Notes: generated from the letters alone by a model not told the origin. A DNA stretch of 64,000 bases from Octopus vulgaris (GCA_951406725.2 OX597839.1:4588001-4652000); one strand, 5' to 3'. Shown: positions 14,650-28,581, counted from the first letter of the stretch. Translations and numbers: made by a program.

Positions 14650-17642
14650 CCTTGTTGTATCTCCGGCTATTTGATTTTAGGGAGATTCGGCTGCTATTTC
14701 TAACAGATCGTGTGGTCACATACAAGCTCCCTCATTGTGTTTGACTTTAAGGAGGTTTGGCTGCTATTTCTAACAGATCATGTGGTCACATACAAGCTCC
14801 CTCATTATGTTTGATTTAAGGAGGTTTGGCTGCTATTTCTAACAGATTCGGTGGTCACATACAAGTCCCCTCATTGACTCGCCCTATAGTCATATTTATT
14901 ACTACTTAGCCCAAGGTCAAACCAGTTCTAAGTAGATGGCTATGATCAAATGCCTCCGAAACCAACTGTGACAATTACGTTATTTTTAATCTCTGCAGAT
15001 TAAAGGCAGTAGCTCACTCAATATAGCCTTAATCTCTAAGACAGTAGGATGTGTGATATGAGGGCAATGTAGTTGCTATTTTTAGATTATTGTTGCCGTT
15101 GTTGTTGTTGTTGGTGGTGGTGGTTGCGGTTCTTGTAATGATGGTAGCTGTGTCAATAAATGGTAAATGGCATATTGTGGCTAAGACAATAAGTTGTGTA
15201 ATTTGAGGGCAAATTGATTGCTATTTTTGGCTTGTCATTTCTGATTTTGGTATTGCTGTTGATGATGGTGATCGTTCTGGTCGTGATGGTGGCGGTTTCA
15301 CTAAATTATAGATAACAGATTATGGATAAAACAACAGGATGTATAATTTGAGAGCAATTTGTCTGCTATTTTTAGCTTATCATTATGGTATTGGTGGTGG
15401 TGGCAGCGGTCTCAGTAAATCATAAATAACAGATAATGGATACAGCAACAGGATGTATAATTTGGCAATTTAGCTGCTACTTCTAGTTTGTCATTATGGT
15501 TGCTTTTGATTTTGGTGGTGGTGATGGTTCGGGTAGTGATGGTAGCGGTCTAAATAAATGATAGACACCGGATTGTGGATCAAACAACAAGATGCATAAT
15601 TTGGTAGCAAGTTGGCTGTTATTTTTAGCTTGTTGTCGTTGCTCTTGATGCTGTTTGTGGTGATGATGATGGTATAGTTCTCTGGTCTCAATACATGGTT
15701 GATTATGGATAAGACAATAGAATGTATAATCCGAGGGCAATTTGGCTGCTATTTTGAACTTGTAGCTGCCCTTGGTATTGATGATGGTAGTAATGTCACG
15801 GAATAATATACGAGCGACGTTGGATAAGATTTGAGGGCAATTTGGCTGCTAGTTTTAGCACGTGTCATTGGTGGATTTCAAATCTGTAGGCAATTTGGCT
15901 ACTATTTTTAGCTTGTGTTGTGGTTGCTCCTGCCATTGGTGATAGTAGCAATGTCACTAAATAATGGATGACAATAGGCTGCAAAATTTGAGAGCTATTT
16001 GGCTGCTATTTTTAGATTGTGCTGTGGTTGATCTTGGTATTGGTGCCATTGAATAATACATGTCAGTGACGAAGGATAAGACAACAGGCTGTGAGATTTG
16101 AGGGCAATTTAGCTACTCTTTTTAGGCTGTATTGTTTTGGATAAGACAATAGGCCGTGAGATTTGAGGGGTAAATTGGCTACTATTTTTAGCTTTTGTTG
16201 TGGTTACTCTTAGCATTGGTGATGATAGCAATGTCCCTGAATATGTGAGTGACGATGGATAAGACTATAGGCTGTGGAATTTGAGGTCAATTTGGCTGAT
16301 ATTTTCAGCACGTGTTGTTGCTGGATAAGACAATAGACCGTGAGATTTGAGGGCAATTTGGCTGCTATTTTGAGCTTGTTTTGTGGTTACTCTTGGCACT
16401 AGGGTTAACAGCAATGTCACTGAATAATATACGAGACACGTTAGGTAAGTCAAAACGCTGCGAGATTTGAGGGTAATTTGGTTGTTATTTCTAGCTTGTG
16501 TAGTAGTTGTCTTGGGATTGGTGTCACCGAAGAATAAATATCAATGACGATAGATAACACAACAAACTGTGAGATTTGAGGGTAATTTAGCTACCCTCTT
16601 TAGGTTGCGTTGGTGCTGGTTAAGACAATAAGCCGTGAGATTTGAGGACAATTTAGCTGCTATTTTCAGTTTGTGTGGTGGTTAATCTTAGCATTGGTGA
16701 TGGTAGCAATGTCACGGAATAATATACAAGAGACAATGGATAAGACAATAGCGAGATTTGAGGGTAATTTAGCTACCCTCTTTAGGTTGAGTTGGTGCTG
16801 GTTAAGACAATAAGCCGTGAGATTTGAGGGCAATTTAGCTGCTATTTTGAGTTTGTGTGGTGGTTACTCTTAGCATTGGTGATGGTAGCAATGTCACTGG
16901 ATAATATACGAGAGACAATGGATAAGACAATAGCGAGATTTGAGGGTAATTTAGCTACCCTCTTTAGGTTGCGTTGGTGCTGGTTAAGACAATAAGCCGT
17001 GAGATCTGAGGGCAATTTAGCTGCTATTTTGAGCTGCTGTCTTTAGGTTGTTGCTATTATTGCGGTTGCTGTTGTCGACGGGTGATGGTAGCAATGTCAC
17101 GAAATAATATACGAGAGACAATGGATATTTGAGGGTAATTTAGCTACCTTCTTTAGTTTGTGTTGGTGCTGGTTAAGACAATAAGCCGTGAGATTTGAGG
17201 ACAATTTAGCTGCTATTTTGAGTTTGTGTGGTGGTTAATCTTAGCATTGGTGATGGTAGCAATGTCACGGAATAATATACAAGAGACAATGGATAAGACA
17301 ATAGCGAGATTTGAGGGTAATTTAGCTACCCTCTTTAGGTTGAGTTGGTGCTGGTTAAGACAATAAGCCGTGAGATTTGAGGGCAATTTAGCTGCTATTT
17401 TGAGTTTGTGTGGTGGTTAATCTTGGCATTGGTGATGGTAGCAATGTCACGGAATAATATACGAGAGACAATGGATAAGACAATAGCGAGATTTGAGGGT
17501 AATTTTTAGCTACCCTCTTTAGGTTGTGTTGGTGCTGGTTAAGACAATAAGCCGTGAGATCTGAGGACAATTTAGCTGCTATTTTGAGCTGCTGTCTTTA
17601 GGTTGTTGCTATTATTGCGGTTGCTGTTGTCGACGGTGATGG
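14650..17642 (+). repeat. Complex tandem array built on gagatttgagggcaatttggctgctatttt, with higher-order structure
   Basis: There are three roughly 65-bp units at 14680-14875, diverged 110-150-bp units from 15040, homogeneous roughly 180-bp A+B dimers from 16570, and a roughly 555-bp higher-order duplication (marker gctgctgtctttaggttgttgc at about 17033 and 17588). Confidence 0.9.
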
Positions 17643-18029
17643 CAGCGATTCTAGTAGTGATGGTAGTGATGTCACTGAATGGTATATGGTAAATGGTGAA
17701 TGGTGGATGATGGCTACTATAGGGGTGGCTTCTTAAATGGAAGACACAGTAGCAAGATCATGTTACACTAAAGGGTATTAGCTATGGAGGAGAATGGTTG
17801 GTATTTAAACTCCTCAGTTGGCCTTCAGAACCCGTCTTTACAAGCTTTTGTCAAACCTAGATGACTTGACTTGTTCGCTTATTGTATAACTAATCTGATC
17901 CTCCCTCCCTCCCACCCTTCTTAACCTCCCTCCCTGCTTCCTACCACTACCTCTCTACCAACCTTAGTCTGCAACCTTCCTCCCCTTCGACGTCTTTTCT
18001 CTCTCTAACCCTTATTCAGTCACTGCTCC

Positions 18030-18442
18030 TACACACACATACACGCATACGCATACACACACATACACGCATACGCATACGCATACACACACATACACGC
18101 ATACGCATACACACACATACACGCATACGCATACACACACATACACGCATACGCATACACACACATACACGCATACACACACACACGCATACGCATACAC
18201 ACACATACACGCATACGCATACACACACATACACGCATACGCATACACACACATACACGCATACGCATACACACACATACACGCATACGCATACACACAC
18301 ATACACGCATACGCATACACACACATACACGCATACGCATACACGCACATACACGCATACGCATACACACACAAACACGCATACGCATACACACACATAC
18401 ACGCATACGCATACACACACATACACACATACGCATACACAC
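18030..18442. repeat. 24-bp minisatellite (acacacacatacacgcatacgcat)n
   Basis: Directly visible; it explains the CMCVYAYA repeat ORFs. Confidence 0.95.
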
Positions 18443-19600
18443 ACGTACGTATACGTGCATGTTATACATACACACACACAGAAATTCACTCTCCCTTCTG
18501 CCTACCTCTCTCACTCTCTCCTTCCCTCTCGCTCTCTCTCGCTCTCCGTTCGACCGTCTCTCTTTCTCTCTCTCTCATTCTTTCTCTCCCTCTCTCTCTC
18601 TCACAGTCCTTCTGTCTCTTTCTCTATCCCTGTCTCTCTTCTAATTGTCATTGAATCCCTACTTACACACAGACACACACAGACATACACACACATATAC
18701 ATACATACACACATTCACTGACACCCGTTTCTCTCTCTCTCTTCCTCTCTATTTATCCCCAGCTAATCTTACTCCGTCACTGCATTCAAACACATACACA
18801 CACACACACACACACAAATAGGCAAGCACATATACGGAAACACACAGCGTCTCTCTCTCCCTTTCTCTCTCTTTCTCTCTCTCCCTTTCTCTCTCTTTCT
18901 CTCTCTCCCTTTCTCTCTCTTTCTCTCTCTCTTTCTCTCTCTTTCTCTCCCCCTCTCTCCCTTTCTCTCTCTCTCTTTCTCTCCATATTTCTCCCTCTCT
19001 CTCTTCTCTCCCCTTCTCTCTCCCCCTCTCTCTCCCTTTCTCTCTCTCTCTTTCTCTCCACATTTCTCCCTCTATCTCTTTCTCTCCCTTTCTCTCTCTT
19101 TCTCTCCCTATTTCTCCCTCTCTCCCTTTCTCTCCTCCTCCCTCTCTCCCTTTCTCTCCTCCTCCCTCTCTCCCTCTCTCTCTCTTTCTCACCATATTTC
19201 TCTCTCTCTCTTTCTCTCCCCTCTCTCTCCCTGTCTTTCTCTCTTTCTGTCTATCTCCATCGCTCCTCCAACGTTATCCAATCACTACCTTGAAACACAC
19301 ACACGAACATACACATAGACACATATACACATACACCATACACATATACATTCAATCACTCTCTCGCTCTACCTCCATTTCTGTGTATTTCTCCCTATCT
19401 CCCTTTTAACGTTATTGTACGACTACTTATACACATACATACACATACATATACATATGCACGGACTGTCGCTCTCCCCCCTCTCTCTCTCTCATTCTCC
19501 CAATTCTCTCTCTCTCTCTCGCTCTCTCTCTTTCTCTCTCTCTCTATCTACGTGTCTATGTACCTACCTACCTATCCTACATGCCAACCTACGTATCCAA

Positions 19601-19692
<92 letters not shown>

Positions 19693-19726
19693 ATATCTAC
19701 CTACCTATCCTACCTGCCAACCTACG

Positions 19727-19805
<79 letters not shown>

Positions 19806-20227
19806 GCTATACTTGATTTTTCTTAATTATCCAATAGTCACTCTCTCTCTCTCTCTCTCTCACGTACTCTCTCGCTCTTTCTCTCTCTCTCTCTCTCTGT
19901 CTATCAGTCTCTCATTCACACTAATATGTCAGTTTGACCTTTTTTCGTATCTGTCAGTCAATCAGTCTGACAGACAGACAGACAGACAACCAGAGTTGAT
20001 GTCTGTGTGTCATTTTATATGTCAGTCGGCCTGGGTGTCTGCATTTTCTTAAGGGTCGCCATTTTTGTTTCGCGTCTACTTTTCCCCCTTTTTTTTTTTT
20101 TTTAAAAAAAAAGCAACTTCTCAGTGTTTCGTTTTTGCTTTTCACTCTTTGACTTTCGATTTCTTAATGTGCTTATTTTAGAATTTAGAAATTATTTGAT
20201 ATTGATTTGTATATACTTGTACGCTTT

Positions 20228-20365
<138 letters not shown>

Positions 20366-20491
20366 GTCTGTCCATCTGTCTATCTATCGGTATATATATA
20401 TATATATATATATATTGCTCCAGCATGGCCGCGGCCTTCGGGCTAAAACATATTTAAGGATTTTAAGGATATATATATGTATGTATTTATA

Positions 20492-20527
<36 letters not shown>

Positions 20528-20667
20528 CGTATACACACACGTGTGTGTTTGTATAATTTTACTTGAATTTGTCATTGAAGGGTTTAATCGATTCTAGTGA
20601 TTGTTTTTATATTTCATTATTTATTTAGATTAAACTTAAAAAGGAAGCACACACACACATGTATGTA

Positions 20668-20739
<72 letters not shown>

Positions 20740-20778
20740 ATTAGGGCTTAGTAAAATAAATTACTTTGCCCCATACTG

Positions 20779-20829
<51 letters not shown>

Positions 20830-20925
20830 GGAGTAAACACATAAATGTGAAACAAGGTGGAAAAAAGAGTACTCAAATACCAGTGGTAGAGTAATATGCT
20901 TTATTTTAAGCAGCAGAAAATTCAA

Positions 20926-20975
20926 CAAAATCTGTTACTCTGAGTTTCTCGTTGCCGTTCATCAGACAGTTTTTG
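20926..20975 (-). ncRNA. Type I hammerhead ribozyme motif within a (TA)n-embedded element (20827-20976)
   Basis: The minus strand reads caaaaactgt-CTGATGA-acggcaacga-GAAA-ctcagag-TA-acagattttg. Stem I pairs 9/10, the core is canonical, the triplet is GUA and stem III is minimal. Stem II is cg-GCAA-cg with an A-A mismatch at its base. Confidence 0.8.
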
Positions 20976-21009
<34 letters not shown>

Positions 21010-21084
21010 AAAAACAAAAGACGAAGACAGGTGGTGTACAAAACAAACAGATGAATTAGTATAACGCTCAGGAATAGAAAAATT

Positions 21085-21120
21085 CTTTTACGTTTCGAGC
21101 CTACGCTTTTCTACAGAAAG
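21085..21120 (-). ncRNA. Variant minimal hammerhead-like motif within a (TA)n-embedded element (21006-21182)
   Basis: The minus strand reads cttt-CTGTAGAA-aagc-gtag-gctc-GAAA-cg-TA-aaag. Stem I is cttt/aaag and stem III is the ACGT palindrome. The core deviates (CUGUAGA). Confidence 0.5.
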
Positions 21121-21178
21121 GGACACAGAAAAAACAAGGGGAGAAACAAGGAGAGAAAAAAATGTGTGTAGCGGCTAA

Positions 21179-21275
<97 letters not shown>

Positions 21276-21293
21276 CATACATATATACATACA

Positions 21294-21363
<70 letters not shown>

Positions 21364-21757
21364 TCTACATATTTTCTTTCTACCAAATTCAGTCAGAAGG
21401 CATTTTACGGTCCGGAGCTGTCGTAGACGAGAGGTCACTTGCTCTAGTGGTCGCTTAACCACACGGTTGCCAAGCGATCTTCTCAACACACACAGATTTT
21501 TGTCTTTCCCTTTTTCGATTGCAATTTCCCCTTTGAAATAACCAGCGTTAAAACAGGTCCGAAGCAACCACAGTGTGCAGAGAATTACAAAAAGGCTGAG
21601 AAAGAGATAACAAAGTATATGTAATGAGATGCTCTACCGTAAGAACCATAAAACAAGAAAATGGGTGAAAGTTTGAAAGCAGTTAGTTCAATGCCATCAA
21701 TTCACCGTGAAGAAAGTTCATCGTGAGGAAAGTTTACAGAGAAAATATATCCATATA

Positions 21758-22163
21758 GGCGCAGGAGTGGCTGTGTGGTAAGTAGCTTGCTAACCAACCA
21801 CATGGTTCCGGGTTCAGTCCCACTGCGTGACATCTTGGACAAGTGTCTTCTGCTATAGCCCCGGGCCAACCAAAGCCTTGTGAGTGGATTTGGTAGACGG
21901 AAACTGAAAGAAGCCTGTAGTATATATGTATATATATGTATGTGTGTGTATTTGTGTGTCTGTGTTTGTTCTCCTAGCATTGCTTGACAACCGATGCTGG
22001 TGTGTTTACGTCCCTGTCACTTAGCGGTTCGGCAAAAAAAGACCGATAGAATAAGTACTGGGCTTACAAAAAGAATAAGTCCCGGGGTCGAGTTGCTCGA
22101 CTAAAGGCGGTGCTCCAGCATGGCCGCAGTCAAATGACTGAAACAAGTAAAAGAGTAAAAGAG
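21758..22163 (+). mobile_element. tRNA-derived SINE family B, full length
   Basis: The head ggcgcaggagtggctgtgtggtaag is followed by B-box ggttcagtccc, a CORE-like cttggacaagtgtc motif, an internal (TA/TG)n and a (gtaaaaga) tail. There are many partial copies in the window. Confidence 0.9.
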
Positions 22164-22279
22164 CATAGTATCTCACGATTAATTGTTTAAAAAATATTTC
22201 ATTGCCCCAAAAAAAAAAACAAAAACAAATAGCGGTGAATTTTTCTCCTGTGGACATGCTGAAAAGTTAATGGGACTGT

Positions 22280-22790
22280 ATCATTCACATTCTAAGGAAA
22301 CCGCCAAGCAGAATTGTAAAACAAGTGTTGGACTGGCCACCTGAAGGAAAGAGGAATGCTGGAAGACGTATCATCATCATTGTTCGACCGTGGTCGAGAC
22401 AATAGAATTTACTATGTTACGCCAGACTTCACGGTCCATCATAGCATTACGGAGGTCCTGTTGCTGGATGCCTGTATCCCTGGAGATTACATCAGGGTAG
22501 GAGAGTGTGCGCCCTCTGGTATCTCGAGCAGATGGCTTCCAGAGGAGAAGAGTAGATATTACATCGTTTTCAGCTCTACAACAATGTCCAGCAAACTGGA
22601 CTCTTCTACGTTTCACAAGAGATGATACAGGTGGTAATTTCCCTATATAAGACCTGGAAAAAATGCGTGGATGATGAAACGAAAGCAATCGGTCTCTCAT
22701 CGTCTGAAATCAAGGAAGTAATCCAAGGCCACGTCCGCTAGCATGAAATAGTCGCAGCTCTAATGTTCCTTATGGATTCATGTGGACTAG
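22280..22790 (+). mobile_element. RTE-clade LINE 3' fragment (host), interrupted by a second RTE
   Basis: Translation HILRKPPSRIVKQVLDWPPEGKRNAGR (from 22286) resumes after the insertion as KTWKKCVDDETKAIGLSSSEIKEVIQGHVR*HEIVAAL, a typical RTE ORF C-terminus. Confidence 0.75.
22370..22648 (-). mobile_element. RTE-clade LINE 3' end, 5'-truncated, with (TGA)n tail
   Basis: The ORF portion LPPVSSLVKRRRVQFAGHCCRAENDVISTLLLWKP..RGR..SYPDVISRDTG..DLRNAMMDREVWR has no stops and is followed by tgatgatgat. Confidence 0.85.
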
Positions 22791-24122
22791 CTATGACGCA
22801 ATACATTGCGATCAAAATCCTGGATCACGTAGTTATATAATAAAGAGAACTTATTAATCATGCATGATGGGCTTCAACGAAATTTGAACACAGAAATTAA
22901 ATACTTCAATGTAATTTAATTTAAACCATTTTCGATTGTACCAAGACTAGGTCGCCCCTCTTATCTATGAAGCTACCTTATTCACTTTTGGCGGTAATGA
23001 GCTGGCGGCATGTGGTTATATAAGAAGGGCAAACGAGCGATTAGAAAGGGTTAAGGGTTCATATTGATATAAAAGAAATTGGGAATGGCGGGGTGGGGGC
23101 GAGATTGTTAATAATTTGGAGATGAAAGATGGAACAGATGTAAAGATACTCCGTGGAAGGATCCAGTGGTGATGTCATTGGCATTTCTGGTGGTGGTGGT
23201 GATGGTGGTGGCGTTGATGGTGGTCGTGGTATGATTTTCGGATATATATATATACATACACATCTATAGAATACATGCACAGATAAATACACAGATATCT
23301 ATGTATATATATATACATATACATACACACACTCTCACACACACACACACACACATACATATATATATAGATAGATATATGTATATGTATTTATATATGC
23401 ATGTATGTATACATATGCGTGTGTAGTATATATGTGTGTGTGTGTATGTGTGAGCGTGTATGAATATGTGTCTGTGTGTATATATGTGTATATATATACA
23501 TATATACATATACATACACACGCTCACACACACATACATATATATATAGATAGATATATATATGTATTTATATATGCATGTAAATAAATATATACATATA
23601 TATATTTATACATGTATGTATACGTATGCGTGTGTAGTATATGTGTGTGTATGTGTGTGCGTGTATGAATATATGTGTCTGTGTGTGTATGAATATATAT
23701 ATATGTGTGTGTGTGTTATATAACTGCCGATTTATACGAAACAATCTTCAATAGACACATATTCACACGCAAATATACACACACATATACACACATGTAT
23801 ACATACATTCACACATACACATACATACACACGTAGACATTGATGTCGGAGTTGGGAGCTTCTGTGAAGGAAGTAGACCCCTAATGAATCCGTGTAAGGC
23901 GTGGTGTACGATTACGAGTCAATTGAACAAATGATTAGATGAATGAAAGAATAAAAGAATGAAGGATTTAAAGAATGAGATGATGTTGATGGGTGACGGT
24001 ACGCGGAATGCGGTACAGGTCGGGCAGCTGAAGGAGCGGCGGGATGGCTCCGCAGTTTGTGTGTGTATATATGTGTGTATGTATGTATGTATGTGTGTAT
24101 GTATGCATGCATGTATAATTAC

Positions 24123-24170
<48 letters not shown>

Positions 24171-24226
24171 AATTATATATACACACAGACACAAATATAC
24201 ATATATATATGTGTGTATATATGTAT

Positions 24227-24320
<94 letters not shown>

Positions 24321-24366
24321 CGTATATATATAAATAAATAAATATATATATATATAAATAAATAAA

Positions 24367-24424
<58 letters not shown>

Positions 24425-24766
24425 CTTGCTCATGTGGAAGGCAAGAGGGACCCTGATGAAGGAAGCTCATTTAAATTGAAGAATTTGTCTTTGAACCGTA
24501 ATTTATTAATTATTATTATTATAATTAATATCATAACAAAAATTATTATCATTATCGTAAGTATTATTAGCAATACTGTTTTATTAATTTAAAATTTTTT
24601 TTTTCACTTTTCTCATCTTGAATTTTATATTTTACATTTTATTATAAAATTTATTTTTAATTTGCTAATTTTGCTTTTTGTTATTTTTAAAAAATATTTG
24701 GCAGTATTTTATTTGAACATTCCGCTCCTTCTCCAGTCTCAGTATTACTTCCAAACTAATAATAAC

Positions 24767-24829
<63 letters not shown>

Positions 24830-25021
24830 GAGTGACTAATTTACATAAATAGAAGAAAATTCGTGTCCCCCATCTCTCAGCTACGCGCTGCATTCTCAGT
24901 GAAGAATAGACAACAACAACAACAAGAATATGAACAATAAATTCAATGTTACCAGATCCAGTTGTAAAAACGAAAAGAAGCAACAATAAACATATGTGTG
25001 CGTGCGTGTGTGTGTGTGTGT

Positions 25022-25182
25022 AGGCGCAGGTGTAGCTGTGGTAAGAAATTTGGTTCCCAACTGCATGGTTCTGGTTTCAATCCAGCTGTAAGGTACCTTG
25101 GAGGATTGTCTTCTGATATATTCTTGGGATGACCAAACCCTTGTAAATGGAATTCATTGATGGAAACTGAAAGAGGCCTCTC

Positions 25183-25229
<47 letters not shown>

Positions 25230-25608
25230 CACAGGAGTGGCTGTGTGGTAAGAAGCTTGCTTCCCAACCACATTGTTTCGGGTTCAGTCCCACTGCGTGG
25301 CACCTTGGGGAAGTGTCTTCTACTATAGCCTCGGGCCGACCAAAGCCTTGCGAGTTCATTTGGTAGACGGAAACTGAAAGAAGCCCGTCATGTATATATA
25401 TACATATATATATATATGTATGTATGTGTGTGTATATGTCTGTGTGTCTGTGTCTGTCCCCACAACATCGCTTAACAACCAATGCTGATGTGTTTAAAAA
25501 CACCGATGACTCACAAAGCAGATGTCCTAGGTTCGTTTTATTCGACTAAAGGTGGTACTCCAGCATGGCCGCAGTCAAATGACTGATATAAGTAAAACAG
25601 TAAAACAG
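25022..25608 (+). mobile_element. Cluster of SINE family B copies (25022-25185, 25228-25497, tail 25540-25608)
   Basis: Direct similarity to 21758-22163. Confidence 0.85.
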
Positions 25609-25640
<32 letters not shown>

Positions 25641-25859
25641 CAATTCATAAATAAGGGCAAACGAAAAGATTTTCTAATGCCAAATATGCCGAAAAATTGG
25701 ACATATTGACCATTAACCACATAATTTTTTCACAATACGCACGCTACCCGAAAAAGGTCGACAGAAATTTCTAAAAATATAAATTTAACCTTTAAAGGTA
25801 TTTTTTAATATGCTGGCCATTGATGAAACTTTCTTCGAAAAAAATGTATCCTACATTAG

Positions 25860-25946
<87 letters not shown>

Positions 25947-26032
25947 ATCCAAACGTGAAAAAGCACAACAACGCGAGGACGTGGAACAAGTATAGTGTTA
26001 TTGGACGCTCAGGAAAGAAGGAAAGAAGGAGG

Positions 26033-26067
26033 GTCTAACGTTTCGAACGGATCTCTTCGTCAGAAAC
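26033..26067 (-). ncRNA. Degenerate minimal hammerhead motif within a (TA)n-embedded element (25943-26137), same family as 48649-48860
   Basis: The minus strand reads gttt-CTGACGAA-gaga-tcc-gttc-GAAA-cg-TT-agac. Stem II carries substitutions relative to the 48739 copy. Confidence 0.6.
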
Positions 26068-26171
26068 ATAGGAAAAGGAAAGATCCAAAGAAGGGAAGAC
26101 GGAGGAAAAAACCCACCAACGGTACACACGAGAGGCATATATATATATATACATACGTATATGCACTTACT

Positions 26172-26263
<92 letters not shown>

Positions 26264-26423
26264 TATACGTGTACAGGACGTCTTAAAACGTAAACAACAT
26301 GAAATACGAATACATGAAATGCGAAATGCGAAAAGCAAGAAATACGAAGACAAACTTTTTTGCGAACAGCGAGGGAAACAATTTGAAAACAAGAAAAGTA
26401 ACATAAAGAACGACCCTTCACCA

Positions 26424-26465
<42 letters not shown>

Positions 26466-26620
26466 CATGTATATAAATATATATCTATATTTAAACACGC
26501 ACACGCAAACAGTAAATACATTTTGTAATGTTCATACCAAATGCCAAGAGGCATCTTTCAATGTCATTTCTTGCACAAAAATTTATATTCACATCTACAC
26601 ACACATGCATGTACACATAC

Positions 26621-26682
<62 letters not shown>

Positions 26683-26734
26683 CTGTGTGTGTGTATATAT
26701 GTATGTATATATATATACACATTAATTATCCTTG

Positions 26735-26769
<35 letters not shown>

Positions 26770-26803
26770 ATGCATGCATATATTTATGTCTGTGTGTGAG
26801 TGT

Positions 26804-26841
<38 letters not shown>

Positions 26842-27621
26842 TCTCACAGAGACATAGATATATGCATACATTGATACGGACATGCGTATGTGTGAATTGT
26901 CACACAGACACATACGCACACATATACATTTATATATGTATGTGTGTATGTATAAAATATATATATAAATCTGTATATATGTGCGTGCATATGACTACAT
27001 ATTCCTGAATATACACACACCCACTAACTCGCATACACACGCTCTTACATATACATGTTACATGTATCCACACACATATATTTTAGATGTACATGCAACC
27101 TCTACAAGATTAATGACCGAGAAGAGCGCTCAAACGCATTTGCATCAGACATCACGAACTATATACATAGGGGACATTATGTTTCGTGACTGTTTGTTCT
27201 TCAAAAGTTTTCCTAAATTTTCTCAGCCATCATTAAACTTTCTGAAAGAATGGAATGACGGAATTTGCCAAAACTAATAGTTAGAATATCCGGAGTTTAA
27301 TCCCGCTAACAATCGAGCTGTTTTATAAAGAAGAGCAATATTTCAAAAAATAAAAAATAAAAGTAATAATTAAATATTCAATAAAAAACATGAATATCTT
27401 TTATTTAAGCAAATATTCGTGGTAAAAATTTGAGAGGAATTTGTTTAAATAATGTGGGTTTTAAATAGAAAAAAGGGAGTAAGTGTTTGGTTGTAAAGGT
27501 TTGAACAAGAAATCGCTTGATATCGCTGAGGCGGCTTTTCCAAGCTCAATGTCTCAATAGAATTAATTTGCCTTACCTGGAATTACTTTCTACAGTTAAG
27601 TCATGCCAAATTTATTGTGCA

Positions 27622-28535
27622 AAGACTTTCCCCCACCCAAGCATTAATATTGAAATATGAATCAGTGCTATATCAGTGAGGAAATTAGCAGAAACATTTC
27701 AACTTCGTTGTATATTTTCAGCTACCTCCGCTCCGAGTTCGAATCTAGCCGAAGTCAATATTGAATTTTATCAATATGGATTTGAAAATATTCTTTTCTA
27801 CTCAAGGAACAAGGCCCGAAGTTTTTGGGAGGTGGGGGGGGGGCAATCGGTTAGATCGACTCCAGTACACAACTGGTACTTAATTTATCGACCTCGAGAG
27901 GATGAAAGGTGAACTGGTAGAATCGCTAGCACGCCAAGACTTTCCCCCGCCCAAGCACTAAAATTTAAATATGAATCAGTGCTATATCAGTGAGGAAATT
28001 AGCAGAAACATTTCAACTTTGTTGTATTTTTGCAGCTATCTCCGCTCCGAGTTCGAATCTAACCGAAGTTAATATTGAATTTTATCAATATGGATTTGAA
28101 AATATTCTTTACTATTCTACGCACAAGGCCCGAAATCTTTTGGGGAGGGGGGCAATCGATTAGATCGACTCCAGTACGCAACTGGTACTTAATTTATCAA
28201 CCTCGGCAAAATTTGAACTCAGAACGTAAAGACGGATGAAATATCGCTAAATATTTCGCCCGGCATGATTCTGGCAACTCGACGCCTTCATCAGTTATAT
28301 AATTAATTTTGGTTAAAGGGTGAACTGGTAGAATCGCTAGCACGCCAGGCAAGATGCTTAGCGGTATTTCGCCTGTCTTTAGGTTCTCAGATCAAATTCC
28401 ACCGAGACCAACCTTGCGTTTCATCTTTTCGGGTTTCGATAAATTTAGTACCAGTGATACATTGGGGTTGCTGTAATCGAGTAGTCCCCACCTCCCTCAA
28501 AATTTCAGGCCTTGTACGTTTAGTTGAAAGGATTC
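27622..28535. repeat. Local duplication (units start at 27622 and 27936) made of SINE-A-related fragments in both orientations, ending in a plus-strand copy at 28318-28535
   Basis: aagactttccccc(a/g)cccaagca...tgaatcagtgctatatcagtgagg is repeated. Minus-strand A core actggtacttaatttatc occurs in both units. Confidence 0.8.
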
Positions 28536-28581
28536 TTAACTTTTTCTATCTTCGTTTACACTTTGGCTAATTTCTTTGCTA

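Noticed and set aside
14650-17642. CRISPR-like repeat/spacer appearance
   Set aside because: The spacers are mutually homologous and variable in length, the repeats are degenerate, there are no cas genes and the context is eukaryotic.
24445-24505. CTGATGA next to a TA tract as another hammerhead
   Set aside because: There is no GAAA at a stem II end and no strand complementary to the putative stem I (gggacc).
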